From: Octopus vulgaris
Lineage: Eukaryota
Assembly (NCBI GenBank): GCA_951406725.2
Contig: OX597817.1
Coordinates: forward strand, 25,792,001-25,856,000
DNA length: 64,000 bases
Direction: 5' to 3'
Shown: positions 38,708 through 52,914 of the stretch, one piece after another
Layout: every line of letters begins with the position of its first letter
Numbering within the stretch: the stretch's first letter is position 1
Made by a program: the position numbers and the translations under genes
Notes under the pieces: generated by a model
Database searches by the model: none
Told to the model about the DNA's origin: nothing
The model's input: only the letters and a program-made list of their open reading frames with translations

Positions 38708-39083
38708 GGGAAGCACTCCATCAGTTACAATGACGAGGGTTCCGGTTGATCCGAATCAACGGAACAGCCTGCTCGTGAAAATAACGTGTAAGTGGCTGAG
38801 CACTCCACAGACACGTGTACCCTTAACGTAGTTCTCGGAGATATTCAGCGTGACACAGAGAGTGACAAGGCTGGCCCTTTGAAATACAAGTACAACAGAA
38901 ACAGGAAGTAAGAGTGAGAGAAAGTTGTGGTGAAAGAGTACAGTAGGGATCACTGCCGGAGCCTCGTGGAGCTTTTAGGTGTTTTCGCTCAATAAACACT
39001 CACAACGCCCGGTCTGGGAATCGAAACCGCGATCCTATGACCGTGAGTCCGCTGCCCTAACCACTGGGCCATTGTGCCTCCAC
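38708..39083 (-). mobile_element. SINE family D head with a different long tail, 10-bp TSD
   Basis: Family D head. TSD cctctaatat at 38698-38707 and 39084-39093. Confidence 0.8.
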
Positions 39084-39300
39084 CCTCTAATATAGCAGAT
39101 GAGTAGGCTGTATTTCATAGAGACTGAAGAGGAAAACGTCATGGAGGAGTTGCTGTGCACATCTAAGATGATGTCACACTCCTAGTAATGTTATCACACT
39201 CAAATTTGTTTTGTGACACGTTAATGATACATCTAAATCACATTGATGTAGTAATATGCAGAACATCATCCACCAAATGCCTCAAAACATGATGGTAAAT

Positions 39301-39546
39301 GTGGCGCAATGGCCCAGTGGTTAAGGCAGCGGACTTGCGGTCGGAGGATCACGGTTTTGTTTCCCAGACCGGGTGTTGTGTGTGTTTATTGAGCGAAAAC
39401 ACCTAAAAAAGCTCCACGAGGCTCCGGCAGGGGATGGTGGTGATCCCTGCTGTACTCTTTCACCACTCTAAAAGGCGGTGCTCCAGCATGGCCGCAGTCA
39501 AATGACTGAAACAAGTACAAAAAAAAAAAAAAAAAAAAAAAAAAAA
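39301..39546 (+). mobile_element. Chimeric SINE: family D head plus family A tail plus poly(A)
   Basis: The family D head to ~39467 joins aaaggcggtgctccagcatggccgcagtcaaatgactgaaacaagta, then a run of about 29 A. Confidence 0.75.
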
Positions 39547-39899
39547 TAGCTTCAGAGGCATAAAAGAGGTTTTGACTAACCTGGACCAACATATATGTAT
39601 ATTCTTCGTGGGTGACTTCCACCTCCCAAATGACAGCGTGACCAAAGGCAAATAGAATCATTATTTGAGATTTCTAATATGCTGTTCATGGAACATGTGA
39701 TATTTCAGTCAACCAAGGTAGCAATAACTTGGATCTCGCTTCAAACTAACATTGTATAATCCTAAGCAAACTGCTCAATAAGAAGGATTCACATCATATC
39801 CAACTTAAATTTCCATAAACCAACATAGAAATTCATCTGCAAGGATACCCACAAATATACTGGCCTAACGGTCTGTTTATGAAAGGCATTGTCTTAAAA

Positions 39900-41017
39900 C
39901 TCAGCCAGTTCATGTCTACAGGTTATGTCTACAGCTGTTCTCTTGAAGTCATGTAAGCAGGCTTTAGGGAAACAATTTCAGATACTTTTCCAAAGTTTCA
40001 TTGCAAGTGATAAACTTCATAAAATACTAAATATAAGACATTGTGTACCCTATCCATAAAGGCAAAAGCTAACACCCCAGGCTCATCTCTCTGAATTTAC
40101 ATATCAGCAAATGGAATGAATTATCAGAAGAAAACTGATAACATTCCTAGAAGAGAATAACTTGCTGAAAGATACTGAACATGTTTTCCTTTCAGGAAGA
40201 AGGTGTCTTATACAACATTTATGACACTATCACTGGATTTTGAAGCAGTTACTTGACTAGTCAAATGTCTATCTGATATATCTTGACTTTTCAAAAGCCT
40301 TTGACCAGGTTGCAAGTGTGAGATCTTGGCACATGCTACATTTCTTAAAACATGGAAATCAAACAATTGCAGTCAATGGTACCCTCTCTATAGAAATACA
40401 AATTTTCAGTGAAGCCCCTAAAGGTGCCTTTACTGTTTATAGTAGTTCTCTTATACATGCCCATATTTACTCAAACTGCCATTGTTTTTAATTATGCTGG
40501 TAACACATAATTATCACAAGTAATAAAGAACCCTGATAATAATGCAAGCATGCAGATAGGACCCAAATATAATAAACTAGCGAGATGAACGAAACAACAT
40601 GCAGTTTATTGCTGGAAAAATTTCAAGCATTGCACTATCAGCTCAAAAATACACCACAACCTGCATAAACTTGGCCCAAAGACCCTTCAATCCCACAATC
40701 ACAAACCATGAGAGATGTCGGTAACAGAACGTTTAATGATGCATCATTTCATATGCACATTACCAAAATGGTAACGAATGTTGACAGTTGGCAGGATGGA
40801 TACTTAATTCCTTCAGGACAGGAGACCAGCAGCCATGTTGAACAAGGGGAAAAGTTTTGTTCTCAACCACCTAAACTACTGCTCTAGTTGCGGTCACTAC
40901 TTAGTGTTAAACTAGTGTGGAGCTTCAATCAGTCCAATTCTATTACACTACAAAGAATGTAAAAATGCAGCAGATGAGCTTTTGAGGCAGGCTGAAAATC
41001 TATGTCTTTATTACCTG
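39900..41017 (+). mobile_element. Degenerate CR1-clade LINE RT fragment
   Basis: IVYPIHKG, IIRRKLITFLEENNLL..EH.F.SGRRCL and IYLDFSKAFDQV motifs, with many stops. Confidence 0.8.
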
Positions 41018-42092
41018 GAGGGATGACCAAAATGGATGTCCACGTAGTGGTCATCCCTCTTATATGTAATATAATTTTTCTGTATCTTCAGATTTTAATA
41101 TGCTAGACCAATGATTTTAAATTGATATTAATCAAATTAGTATTCAATTTTTTTACCCTTATTAATTTAAATTTAAGTATCTACAAATATATAAATAAAT
41201 ATATATTTACGTATATAAAGTGAGAATTTCACTGGGATTTTTTGGTACTACCACCTACAGTTGCTTTCGGAGTTGCTTTTCAGTGGCAGGTAGATGGAGA
41301 TGTGTTGAAGCATACCTTTAGTGTACAATCAGAGTACTGAGTATTAGTGAAGTGGTACAGAGGATTTAACAGGGTGAGTGGACAAGGGTGACAGAGGAAG
41401 AACTTTCGTGATTGTGAGGCGAGGTGGTTAAAGATATGTAATAATTTACATGTGGAAAATTTTGGAAGGGTCAGTGCTTAACTTTGGCATCAAGAGTTAC
41501 GCAAATGACATTACTGGGCTCCACTGCATAGTACCAACAGCATAAAGCATTCTGTCCAAAGAGAGGACTAATGCCCTCACAAATATACCATAGCCACCCC
41601 ACCACCCAAGTCACACCTAATTCTCTCACCATTGCTTGTTACAGTCACCTCTACACCACTACCCCATCTCTAACCACCTCACCTCACATTCACGAAAGTT
41701 CTTCCTCTATCACCCTTGTCCACTCACCCTGTCAAATTCTCTGTACCACTTCACTAATACTCAGTACTCTGATTGTACACTAAAGGTATGCTTCAACACA
41801 TCTCCATCTACCCATCACGACGACCACCACCAAAAAGCAACTTCAAAAGCAACTGCAGGTGGTAGTACCAAAAAATCCCAGTCAAATTCTCACTTTATAT
41901 ATGTAAATATATATTTGTAGATATTTAAATTTAAATCTAAAATAACAAGGGTAAAAAATTGAATATTAATTTTATTAATATAAATTTAAAATCAGTGGTC
42001 TAGCATATTAAAATCTGAAGATAGAGAAAAATTATATCACATACATATAAGAGGGATGACCACTACGTGGACATCCATTATGGTCATCCCTC
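41018..42092. repeat. Large foldback: ~420-bp inverted arms around a 230-bp spacer
   Basis: 41018-41435 is the diverged reverse complement of 41666-42092. Each outer end carries its own hairpin gagggatgacca...tggtcatccctc. Confidence 0.85.
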
Positions 42093-42113
42093 TTATATGT
42101 ATGTAATATATGT

Positions 42114-42152
<39 letters not shown>

Positions 42153-42166
42153 CATACATACATGCA

Positions 42167-42200
<34 letters not shown>

Positions 42201-44346
42201 CATGCATACCTACATACCTACCTACATACATACATACATGCATATATACATACATATGTATATTATTTCTGATTTTAACCGAAACACCAGGGAACATAAG
42301 ACTATAGGAGAATGACATATGAAAACAATACATAATGAAAATTAAGCTATATTCGGCCTGATTTATATTTCATGTATTTCTCTTATTATATTGTGATTCA
42401 TTTCTGTATTGATGCTTGAGATTTTAAATTTAAAATGGTATTTAATGAAAACATGCAAATGAATGTTTTGAAGTTCTGATTTACATTTGCTAAACTTGCT
42501 ATTGTTTACCTCATGAGTGTTGTCTGGTTAACAACTATTTCCTAAATGCTCAATACAATAATCAGACCAGGTAATTTTATTACACACAAGCTTCTTCATA
42601 TCATATTTCAAATATTAAAACAAGCTATTGGAATTTCTATATATAGAAAGTTTAATTAGATACAAAAGGTGTTCTTTGGCTTCGTTTGGGAATTAAAACT
42701 GAATTAGAGATTCTAGTTGTTAAAAGCTAACATCTCATGATTTTATTGTTGTTATTTAAACAAACTATCAAAATATTCCAGTAATGATTCCCTCAAATGT
42801 ATTTTTCTCTATTTTAAAATAACAGAGTGTGATTTGAGTGATATTTGGTTACTACTTCTAGTATATTTACTGACTGTATATGGTTTCTTTTAGTGGTTCA
42901 TGGTTTATGATGTTTACATTTCAAAAGTGAAAGGAAAAAGAGGAAGTATAATACATTTGTTGACACTGGTAATGTTTACAAATTAGAGGAAACAGAAATA
43001 TATGCACTGTTTTAGCCAATAATATCTTTTTCTTTTCAAGTATGTTTTCAATATAAATATACACACAAATTTGGTGATTTGAGTAGATGTAACCAAATGC
43101 TGTTCCTGAATTTTCCGTGTCTCTTTAAAGTGGTTTCTTTCCCTTAAAGAGTTATACCATTTAGGAAATCAAACACATATTCCTGAAAAGGCAAATATAA
43201 TTTTTCATTTTGTTAATGAAGGCAATAATTTATATTAGAATCGCTCATAAAGCAAAATTTTAGGGGAATATATATGTATATTGGGGTCTTTGAGGTTCAA
43301 TAGCATTGAATTATATTACCTAATGTTATTAGTCTCATACTGTTAGAAGCCAAAATAGTTCTATAAATTATCTGAAATTGAACTTTATTACCAATTAGAT
43401 TGATTGATATTTTAACTCATAATCTCTTTATGTCCTAAATTTATGTCGTGGTTGCTGTTGTTGTTATTATTATCATTATTATTGTTATTATTACCATCAT
43501 TATTATTATTATTATTATTATTATCATTATTATGTTAGAAATCATTATTTCAAGAATGTTATAAATCAGAAATTGGTATTAATATTACAACATTTGTTTG
43601 TAGTTTGATAAAGTAGATCAATATTTTCTTTTCTTCTACCACAAAGAACAAAGTAATATTCATCGAAGACTTACATTTAAAATTAACAAATGCTCTGATG
43701 CAATGCACTGATAATATTTACAGATCTAACACTGGTACTTTATATATCTATATTTATAGGTGCTATACATATATAATGTGCAAGGTGACTGCGATCGTAA
43801 CATGATTCCATATGTTTATATAAGATATTTGTTTTGTGATTTTCACAACAAAGTTTATACTTATCATGTATTTTCACACAATTACATATACTTTAATATA
43901 ATCTAGGTAGAGAAATCACAGCTTCTGAGTGTCCTATAATTTAATTTCTGTTAAAAAAAAATAATTTCTTTCGACCAATGGATTATCAGCCATGCCAAAA
44001 GTTCATAGCAGTTTTATCAAATTTCTTTATTTTCCTTCCAAGGGACCTAGTATTCTTATGATCTTATTTGCTTTAATGTAAGATATTTGATAATTTGTTA
44101 TCAAGGCATGTATACAATTTTAGTGCTATCTTGAGTTTATGGAATATTACTGTATCATTTGTTTACAGCTTCAAGAAACACTTCCCAGGATCTGGAAGAC
44201 CGATAAAGGGGAGGAAGATATCTTTAGATCAAAAACCAAGCTTAAATGTTTAAAACACAATGGGATAAACTGAATGAATTCAAGGTTCAAGGAAGGGTGC
44301 TACAACAAATACCACCCTAAACAGATAGAGTACTTCTAACAAGTTT

Positions 44347-44752
44347 CTCTTTTACTCTTTTACTTGTTTCAGACATTTGACTGTGGCCATGCTGGAGCAC
44401 CACCTTTAGTCGAGCAAATCGACCCTAGGACTTATTCTTTGTAAGCCTAGTACTTATTCTAATGGTTTCTTTTGCCGAACCACTAAGTTATGGGGACGTA
44501 AACACACCAGCATCAGTTGTCAAGCGATGTTGGGGGGGGGACAAATGCAGACACACAAACATATACACACACATATATATACACATATACGACAGGCTTC
44601 TTTCAGTTTCCGTCTACCAAATCCACTCACAAGGCTTTGGTCAGTCCAAAGCTATAGTAGAAGACACTTGCCCTAGGTGCCATGCAGTGGGACTGAACCT
44701 GGAACCATGTGATTCGTAAGGAAGCTACTTACCACACAGCCACTCCTATGCT
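44347..44752 (-). mobile_element. SINE family A
   Basis: Matches the family consensus seen in the other copies. Confidence 0.85.
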
Positions 44753-44984
44753 TACACAGTTTTCTGCACAGTTTTTATGTATTAAATTCTATACAAAGAT
44801 TTAGTGACACTCACCCATGTTGCCACCCAGTTTAAAAATAAATTTCTAAACCACCCAACAAACATACTTCCTTGTCTATCTATAAATTGATTATATAATG
44901 AAGAAATAGTTTACAGCCTTCAGTACACTTTCCTAACTTTAGATTTATTATGTGATTTTCATTTCTTGATGCAACATATTTGTT

Positions 44985-45543
44985 ATCTTTTATCTATTGC
45001 ATGTTCCAGTTATTAGACTGCGGTCATTCTGGGGCACCACCTTGAATTTTAAGTTGAATGAATTCCTTGTGCAGATGGTACGTAAAAGCACCCACTACAT
45101 TCTCAGAGTGGTTGGCATTAGGAAGGGCATCCAGCTGTAGAAACTCTGCCAGATCAGATTGGAGCCTGGCGCAGCCATCTGGTTCATCAGTCCTCAGTCA
45201 AATCGTCCAACCCATGCTAGTATGGAAAGCGGACGTTAAACGATGATGATGATGATGATGATGAATTGATCCCAGTACTTATTTTTTAAACCTGGTACTT
45301 ATTCTATCTGTCTCTTTTGCCAAGGTGCTAAGTTGTCAAGCAATGGAAGGGAGGACAAACATGGACACAAAGACACACACACATAGATATATATATATAT
45401 AATGAACTTATTTCAGTTCAGTTTCTGTCTACCAAATCCACTCACAAGGCTTTGGTCAGCCCTAGGCTATAGTAGGTGTGGGCTGAACCTAGAACCAGTG
45501 GTTGGGAAACAAGCTTCTTACCACACAGCCACACCTACACCTA
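44985..45543 (-). mobile_element. Old SINE family A copy interrupted by an RTE 3' tip (45062-45262, + strand)
   Basis: Family A pieces lie on both sides of a family B insert, which is flanked by atgaatt. Confidence 0.7.
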
Positions 45544-46874
45544 TATGCCAATATTTACAAACTATTTCAGGCTTTGCACCTATATTGGAAAAAGAATACT
45601 TACCAACTATATCTAGTTAAGTAGTCTTTATAATTCTTCAATATACACAATGCAGTTTCTTTCAGAGACCGTGTCTTAATATGTCAAGGCTTTTGCTTTT
45701 ACTAAAAACAACAGCAACCAAGACCCATTGATCACTCATAGAAAAATGGTTAGAGAAAAGGGTTATAAGCATAAATCCCATGTCTTTCTATATATACATG
45801 CATATATAAAATGGCAACTAAAATTTGGCTGTAAAATAATTTACAAAAGATTAAAATTAAATAAGAGGAGAAAGTAATACAAGAACAGATAAAAGAAATG
45901 ATGGCAGCAGAATACAGTAATTAAAAAAAAGAGCAAGTTTTAAAATGCAGAGGTAAAAATAAAAGAAAAACGAGAAAACTTAATAAAATTAAGGAAACCA
46001 CTTGCATTAGTAAGTCATATCCAGTAGTAAAAAAAATTAGAATGATTTTGTGGCTCTGAGAGAAAAACTTGAGAAATGAAATCAGCAGTGTACTCATGCA
46101 ATAGGTAGGAAACATGCTTGCTGTTCACAAAGAGTGTTCTGATAGAAGATTCCTGGACTGGGGACTGGTGAGACCAATAAATAAAACTCCACTGAACACT
46201 AAAGGATGGAAAAGGATTAGATTTGTAATTATTGTCAGTGAAAGTACAGTTAAAATGATTAGATGAGGTCATTACCAGCTTGACTATGCATGTAATTCTG
46301 TTCTCTATCAAGATTTTGTAGCATATGCTTTGAGCAAAATATTGAAATATATGTGAAGAACTTCATTTTCAGGAGGAGCCATATTTTATAAAGATAAACT
46401 AGATCTCCAAATTTTAGGAATTATTTTGAACAATAAACAAGTATATCATTATATATATATCACTTAGGGAACAAACATAATATAGGAGTCTCTCCACAAA
46501 TCAGGTAAATATTTAAACTGATGCAACATTATGCTTAGATATTAGATCAGTGTAGCTCAGCTTTGTAAATGGACAAAATTGATTTTGGGAGAATATGTCA
46601 TTAATTTGAACACCTTGGCATATTGTGAAGACAAAAGGTAGTAAGTAGCACTATGATTTCCCAAAAGAAAAGTAGTCAAGTTACTGTAGCCAACAATGCC
46701 CTCCTTGAACGGCAATCAACTCAGAGTAGGGTACCACAGATAAGTGGTTTGGAATTGGTTACTATTATTTCCATTAGCTCTTTCAAAGTTATCGTTTGTT
46801 CTTAGCACAGATAGTTTCACAAGCAATGACGGTAACTCTGATATAAGAAAAATAATACAAAGTTTCTGCTCATG

Positions 46875-46948
<74 letters not shown>

Positions 46949-46954
46949 TATATG

Positions 46955-47180
46955 TTAAATTTCTAAATATCTCATAGAGATATGTACGGTGGTGGGGCGA
47001 TAGAATGGTTGTATACTGTCAATCTAATGTGAACGTGACAGTAGGGGATTACACCACCGCTGTTTAGCCCTAGGAAGTCGAAGCCATCAGGAAGCGTCGA
47101 TGCTTCCTAGGGCTAAACAGCGGTGGTGTAATCCCCTACTGTCACGTTCACGTTAGATTGACAGTATACAACCATTCTAT
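46955..47180. mobile_element. Inverted-repeat plus tail element in (TA)n
   Basis: 78-bp arms at 47000-47077 and 47103-47180 (one mismatch seen), a 45-bp one-sided tail, and TA tracts on both sides. Confidence 0.65.
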
Positions 47181-47314
47181 ATATATATATACATATATAT
47201 ATACGAAATATGCACACACATGCACACATGTATATATATACATATTTATATAAGCATATATATTCAAGCATATATAGATTTAAGTGTGTGTGTGTGTGTG
47301 TGCTGATAGATAGC

Positions 47315-47349
<35 letters not shown>

Positions 47350-47356
47350 CATATAA

Positions 47357-47411
<55 letters not shown>

Positions 47412-47994
47412 AGCCAGCATAGAAAAAATGTCAAATGATGATGATATATATATATCCAGCCTTATGCATGTGTTTATGACACAGTATATGTGTCTTTTTG
47501 TGTTTGTGCGAGTGTGTATGTACATGTGTGAGGGTAGATGTATAAAATTATCATATTATGATTCAATATGCTTGTGAGGTTCAGGAAACTGAGTATATAA
47601 GAAAATGTTATTGTTATCATGCAAAAAACCTGGCAAAACTTTTTCTCACTCAAAATTGAGGTGCTTTCTAAAATTCGAAAAGTGAAGTATGGAGTTGGTA
47701 CCATCAGGAGAGGAAATTCATGTTGAAGTCCTGGGCATCCATCTTGTGTAGTGAATAGAAATGTTAAAGGGAAAATAACCCCAGCACACATAGAAGGGAT
47801 TTTCTCCTTGAAGAATCTTATTTCAAAGGCTCTCTTTCACAATCTTTTCTGACGAAGTCTGTATTCCTGCTTCCATTACTAAAGTGGTTATGTGCTTCTA
47901 GCCAGCAGGTCTGTCTGGTAGCCTATATTATTGCTAAAAGCAACAATTGACATCAAACTAATATTAACTTTCTGACCAGCCATAACCAACAGCT

Positions 47995-48483
47995 ACAAAG
48001 TGTCCCAAATGGCTACAGAAGTTTCAGACTTTAATAACTATCAATAAATGTGATAGGATATGAAGATTATACATCATTATAAAAGTTTAGTCTGTCTCCT
48101 TTTCGTTTCAGACCAAATAAATTCAGATATAGACCGAAATACAATCATAACCCTCCACAAAACAGGCAAAAGTAATACAGCTATAGTTCCATTTTTGAGA
48201 TGAGGGGCTTGAGCACTCCTCATGCTTTGCTTGAGACCCTGAAGGCAAAACTGCACCAGGAATGGGCTTTGATACTACAAGAACAGCTGTGTCCAGTGTG
48301 AGAAGTATTTACACCTAGACATAAGGCAGTGATTCAAAACAGAGGTTGTCATATCGAATAAATTTGGAAGTGTCATAATTGTGTTTCTTTTACCATTACA
48401 TTGCAATGATCGAATTTGAAATATAACAATATTTTGCTTAGGAAAAATTGAAAAAAGTTGGTTGCTTTAATTTTTGGACACCT

Positions 48484-48486
<3 letters not shown>
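47995..48486 (+). mobile_element. Internally deleted Tc1/mariner element
   Basis: N-terminal RNTIITLHKTGKSNTAI is joined to C-terminal LKAKLHQEW..KAVIQNRGCHIE*. Degenerate TIRs acaaagtgtcccaaa / ttttggacacctcgt. Confidence 0.65.
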
Positions 48487-48524
<38 letters not shown>

Positions 48525-48527
48525 GCG

Positions 48528-48588
<61 letters not shown>

Positions 48589-48599
48589 ATATATGTATA

Positions 48600-48884
48600 T
48601 ATGGGAAACTACCACCTGTGTCATCTCTTGTAAAAGGTAGGAGAGTCCAGTTTGCTGGACATTGTCGTAGAGCTGAAAAAGAGGTAATTTCTACTCTTCT
48701 CCTCTGGAAGCCATCTACTCGCAATACCAGAGGGCGCACACTCTCCTACCCTGATGTAATCTCCAGGGATACAGGCATCCAGCAACAGGACCTCCGTAAT
48801 GCCATGATGGACCATGAAGTCTGGCGTAGCATGGTAAATTCCATTGTCTCGACCACGGTCGAACAATGATGATGATGATGATGT
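48600..48884 (+). mobile_element. RTE/RTE-X LINE 3' end, ORF running into a (GAT)n tail
   Basis: RRVQFAGHCRR...LLWKP...RGR..YPDVI.RD...AMMDHEVWR motif, intact in frame. Inserted at a (TA)n tract. Confidence 0.8.
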
Positions 48885-48959
48885 CTATATGTATGCATGT
48901 ATATGTATATGCATAATGTAAATACAAATAATATTGTGAAGATAGTGTATATATAGATG

Positions 48960-49219
48960 GTGTGTGTGTGTATGTATATATGTGTGTGTGTGTGGTGTGT
49001 GTTAGTTTGTCTCCCCCACTACTGTTTGACAATCGGTGTAGGTGTGTTTACATCCCTATAATCTAGTGGTTTAGTAAATGAAATTGAGAGAATAAGTACC
49101 AGGATTAAAAAATAAGAACTAGGGATCAGTTCATTCGACTAAAAAAAAATTCTTCAATACAATGCTCTAGAATGGTCGAAGTCTCATGACTAAAACAAGT
49201 AAAGGAAGATAAAAGAATA
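48960..49219 (+). mobile_element. SINE family A, 3' half, old
   Basis: gaataagtacc...aaacaagtaaaggaagataaaag tail. Confidence 0.6.
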
Positions 49220-49244
49220 TATATTATATAATATATATATATAC

Positions 49245-49286
<42 letters not shown>

Positions 49287-51015
49287 ATATATATATATAT
49301 ATATACATATATACATATATATATATATACAATGTATATGTATGAATATATATATACATTCATATATGCATACACTCTCACAAACATTCACATACACACA
49401 CACACATCTCAATGCTCTAATATTTACAAGTTCTCTAAGAAGGCAGGGAAATGGTAGCGTCACTAGAATGCCCGAAAAAATGTCTTGTGGCCTTTAGTTA
49501 CGGCCTGTTATGTGCAAAATTTAAATTCCACAAAGGTCAAAATTGCCTTTCATCTTTATGGAGGTGATAGAATAAGAGTTAAGTACAGGTTGATTGCAAC
49601 TGACTATATCCTTCTCAGTTTTTTTAGAGCTTGTGCATATATATGAAATTAATATTGTTTTCTTATTAATATTATTGAATCCGTGCTAGCGCGGAAAATG
49701 GACGTTAAACGATTAAGATGATGATGATGATGATGATGATGTTAGGAATCATCTTTAGTATTATATATATATATATATTATTTTATTTTATTTATTTATT
49801 TTATCTAGTTTCAGCTCACGAGCTGTGGCCATGCTGGGGCACCGCCATATATATAATATATATTTTATTTTTATTTTAGTTATTATATATATATATTATT
49901 TTAATTATTATTGTTGATATTGTTATCAATAATATCATTATCATTATTACCGTTATTTACAAGCTTTAATGAGTAAAAAGATTAAAACGAAAAAAACAAC
50001 AAAAACTGAAGATGTATAAATTTAAACGATTGTTGTTTATGACAAAACAAAGCAAAACATTCTAAAAATAAATAAATAAAATTTATCTTAATGTGATTGT
50101 TATACTTTTTACATTTACTTGCAGTGATACTAATGTACTAAGTTGGTTAAAAAAAATATCGCACTGTTATTTTTATAGTTGTTGTTGTTGTTTTCGTTAT
50201 TATTGTTTTCTTCATTTGTTGATCTAAATTTGGATAATTTTTTTTTTTTATCTTCACAGCTACTTCCTTTGTTTTTGTTTAATTTCTTATTTTACATGTT
50301 TGACTGTAATTTATTTGTATGTGTTTGATTCTTTGGTGTAATTAACTGACTTAATAATCCTTCAACTTTGAGTGATATTTTCACAGTGTAGCCGATTATC
50401 AGAGGCTATGAATATTTGAAGAGTTTAATCTTGGCAGCACTTGTAAACACAAGTAGTTTTGTATTTTTTTAAATACTGTATTGAGTCATGAGCAATAACA
50501 TTACTTCAAGCCCGTTCCTTTTTTTTGGTTTTGTTTTTTTTTTTTTTCAGATTCATATTGATTGCCAGAGAATTAAATCTGACACAGGAAATTCATGCAC
50601 TTAATGACCCCGATAGATTGGTATTAGTGAAGTGAGAAACATTCTGAAAGCTAAGTAGTAAGAGATGTAGGTTAAAAAAAAATAACGAAATGGCAAAGAG
50701 AACATGTAATAACAAAGATTTGGCAAGAAATATCGAAACAAATATAAACGTAATAAAGCTAATAAAAGTTAAAATAGATTGTCAATATTCAAGATGAAGT
50801 CATACAGTAGATTGATATTGTAGATAGACAAAGGCACAAGCAACGAGGTGTATCTATAATTACTTTAATATTTCTTGAGAGATGGAAGACAAAATAATAT
50901 ATCTTTTAGTGGGGGCAGCAGTGGACGCGAGACTGAGGACAGGAATTAAGTTGGTCTATAATAAATGAAAACTTTTGTAAGTGGTCAGTATTGAAAAGTA
51001 TAGCATAACAACATA

Positions 51016-51114
<99 letters not shown>

Positions 51115-51413
51115 TCTGCATCCTTTAAGGCCCTCATGCTTTCCGAAATCCGCCGAAACTACACCTGATTATATATACACTTTAGATGAGTTGTAGTGCA
51201 CCTGAGCACTTTACACAATTATTATTATTATTATATATAAACATGGATATATACATAAATACATGCATACATACATACATTAATTGAATTAATTTTAATA
51301 GTATCGATTTTATTATTATCAATTTAAATATATTGTCATGAAACGCGCGTAGACAATTTAATGTTTATTTAATTTATTGATTTCTTGAATAATATTTATT
51401 ATAGTATATTTAA

Positions 51414-51502
<89 letters not shown>

Positions 51503-51894
51503 CATACATGTATCATACACACACACATGGATACAATGGGGAACCCAGTGTTTTCCTGCGAAGTTAAGGGTCAAACGGAATTGTACTATATAATGTAATA
51601 TATAAAAACTTTGCAAATTATAAAGTAATAGTGAAAAGGTTAAGATATACTTCACACAATATAACCTCTATTATATTATACTGCCAAACAGTTATGGAAG
51701 AAATGAAAATTTTGCATCATATAACTGAGATATTATGAAGATTGTGAGTGACAGCAATAAGAAAAAAATATAAAGATGTGTATAAAGCTATTATTTCTTT
51801 TGTAAAGTACTATATTATATTAAGTAAAAAACACGCACACAGACACACATGTACACGCACTAACATACACAGTTATACACACATACACATATCC

Positions 51895-52565
51895 AGAGGG
51901 TATTTATGCTTAATTTGACGATTTTTATGTCTCCTTTTCCCAGGAACGATATGATGTATTACTGATCAGTCAATGGCTTTGGAGAGCAGAAAGATTAAAG
52001 TTGTAGTTAAGAAAAAAGTTAGCTGACATAAATGATTGGAAGCCATCTAACTATTGGAAAAGAGTTATCTCTATCATGATGATTCCAGGCAGGTTTCAAA
52101 ATGCTGACATCATGACTGCAGTACTATGCCCCGTGAACATGTGAAGGTTGGATGATATGACATGGACATCATGAAGACCCTGTTCCCTCAGACAGTGTTG
52201 GTCTATGGGTGTATCTTCAATGAAGATAAGATCATGCTGCCACACATCTTTGAGTGCTCTTAGTCTCATTTAAGAAATCTATGTGAAGCTGCTGGAGTCT
52301 GTGGTCAATACTTGGGGGGGCAATAGTGACTGTTAGAACGTCATATGTGTGTAAACAGGATTTTGCTCTTTGCCATACCTTTAGAAATGATCAGAAGTGG
52401 TTATCAGAAAATTTTAAAGATTTCACCAGTCCTAATTTCTGGCTTCCTAATTCTCCAAATTGTAATCACAAAGATTATGTGTAGGCTGTGGTTGAGAAAG
52501 ACACCAAGCACACTGCCTGTAACATCAAGGATCAAGGCCTGGCTGGGGGCCAAGATGTTCAAAGA
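51895..52565 (+). mobile_element. Degenerate maT/DD37D-like Tc1/mariner fragment
   Basis: SPNFWLPNSPNCNHKDY..AVVEKDTKHTACNIK motif. Related to 62994-63415. Confidence 0.65.
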
Positions 52566-52584
52566 TATATGTATGTGTGTGTGG

Positions 52585-52627
<43 letters not shown>

Positions 52628-52914
52628 TGTATACAGTATAAAAATATGAACTACTAATAATTTCATTTTGTGGAAACACAATAATTCTGTAGGTTTATAT
52701 AATATGCCTTGTGTCTCCAGGCAATCCTTTAAACTGAATGGACATGGTTGGTTTTAATTGAAAAGCAGGATGCTGAAAAACATGAGAATAAAACAAGGAG
52801 GATTGATGCAAAAAGTGGAATGAGAATAGGTGAATAATAACGGAAAAAGAAAGAAAAGAAAACAGAGTGTTGCATCCCCTTTCTCCATTAATATCATAAT
52901 TAATCCTCCTCCTC

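Noticed and set aside
39301-39375. tRNA-like sequences with A and B boxes
   Set aside because: They are SINE heads continuing into SINE bodies, with no acceptor stem or complete cloverleaf.
41250-41290. Minus-strand ctgaaaagcaactccgaaagcaactgta as a hammerhead
   Set aside because: The core deviates from CUGANGA and stems I-III do not pair convincingly. At most a decayed remnant.
44169-44275. Possible terminal exon after a tttgtttacag acceptor
   Set aside because: The frames are short, no peptide is recognisable, and no partner exon was found.
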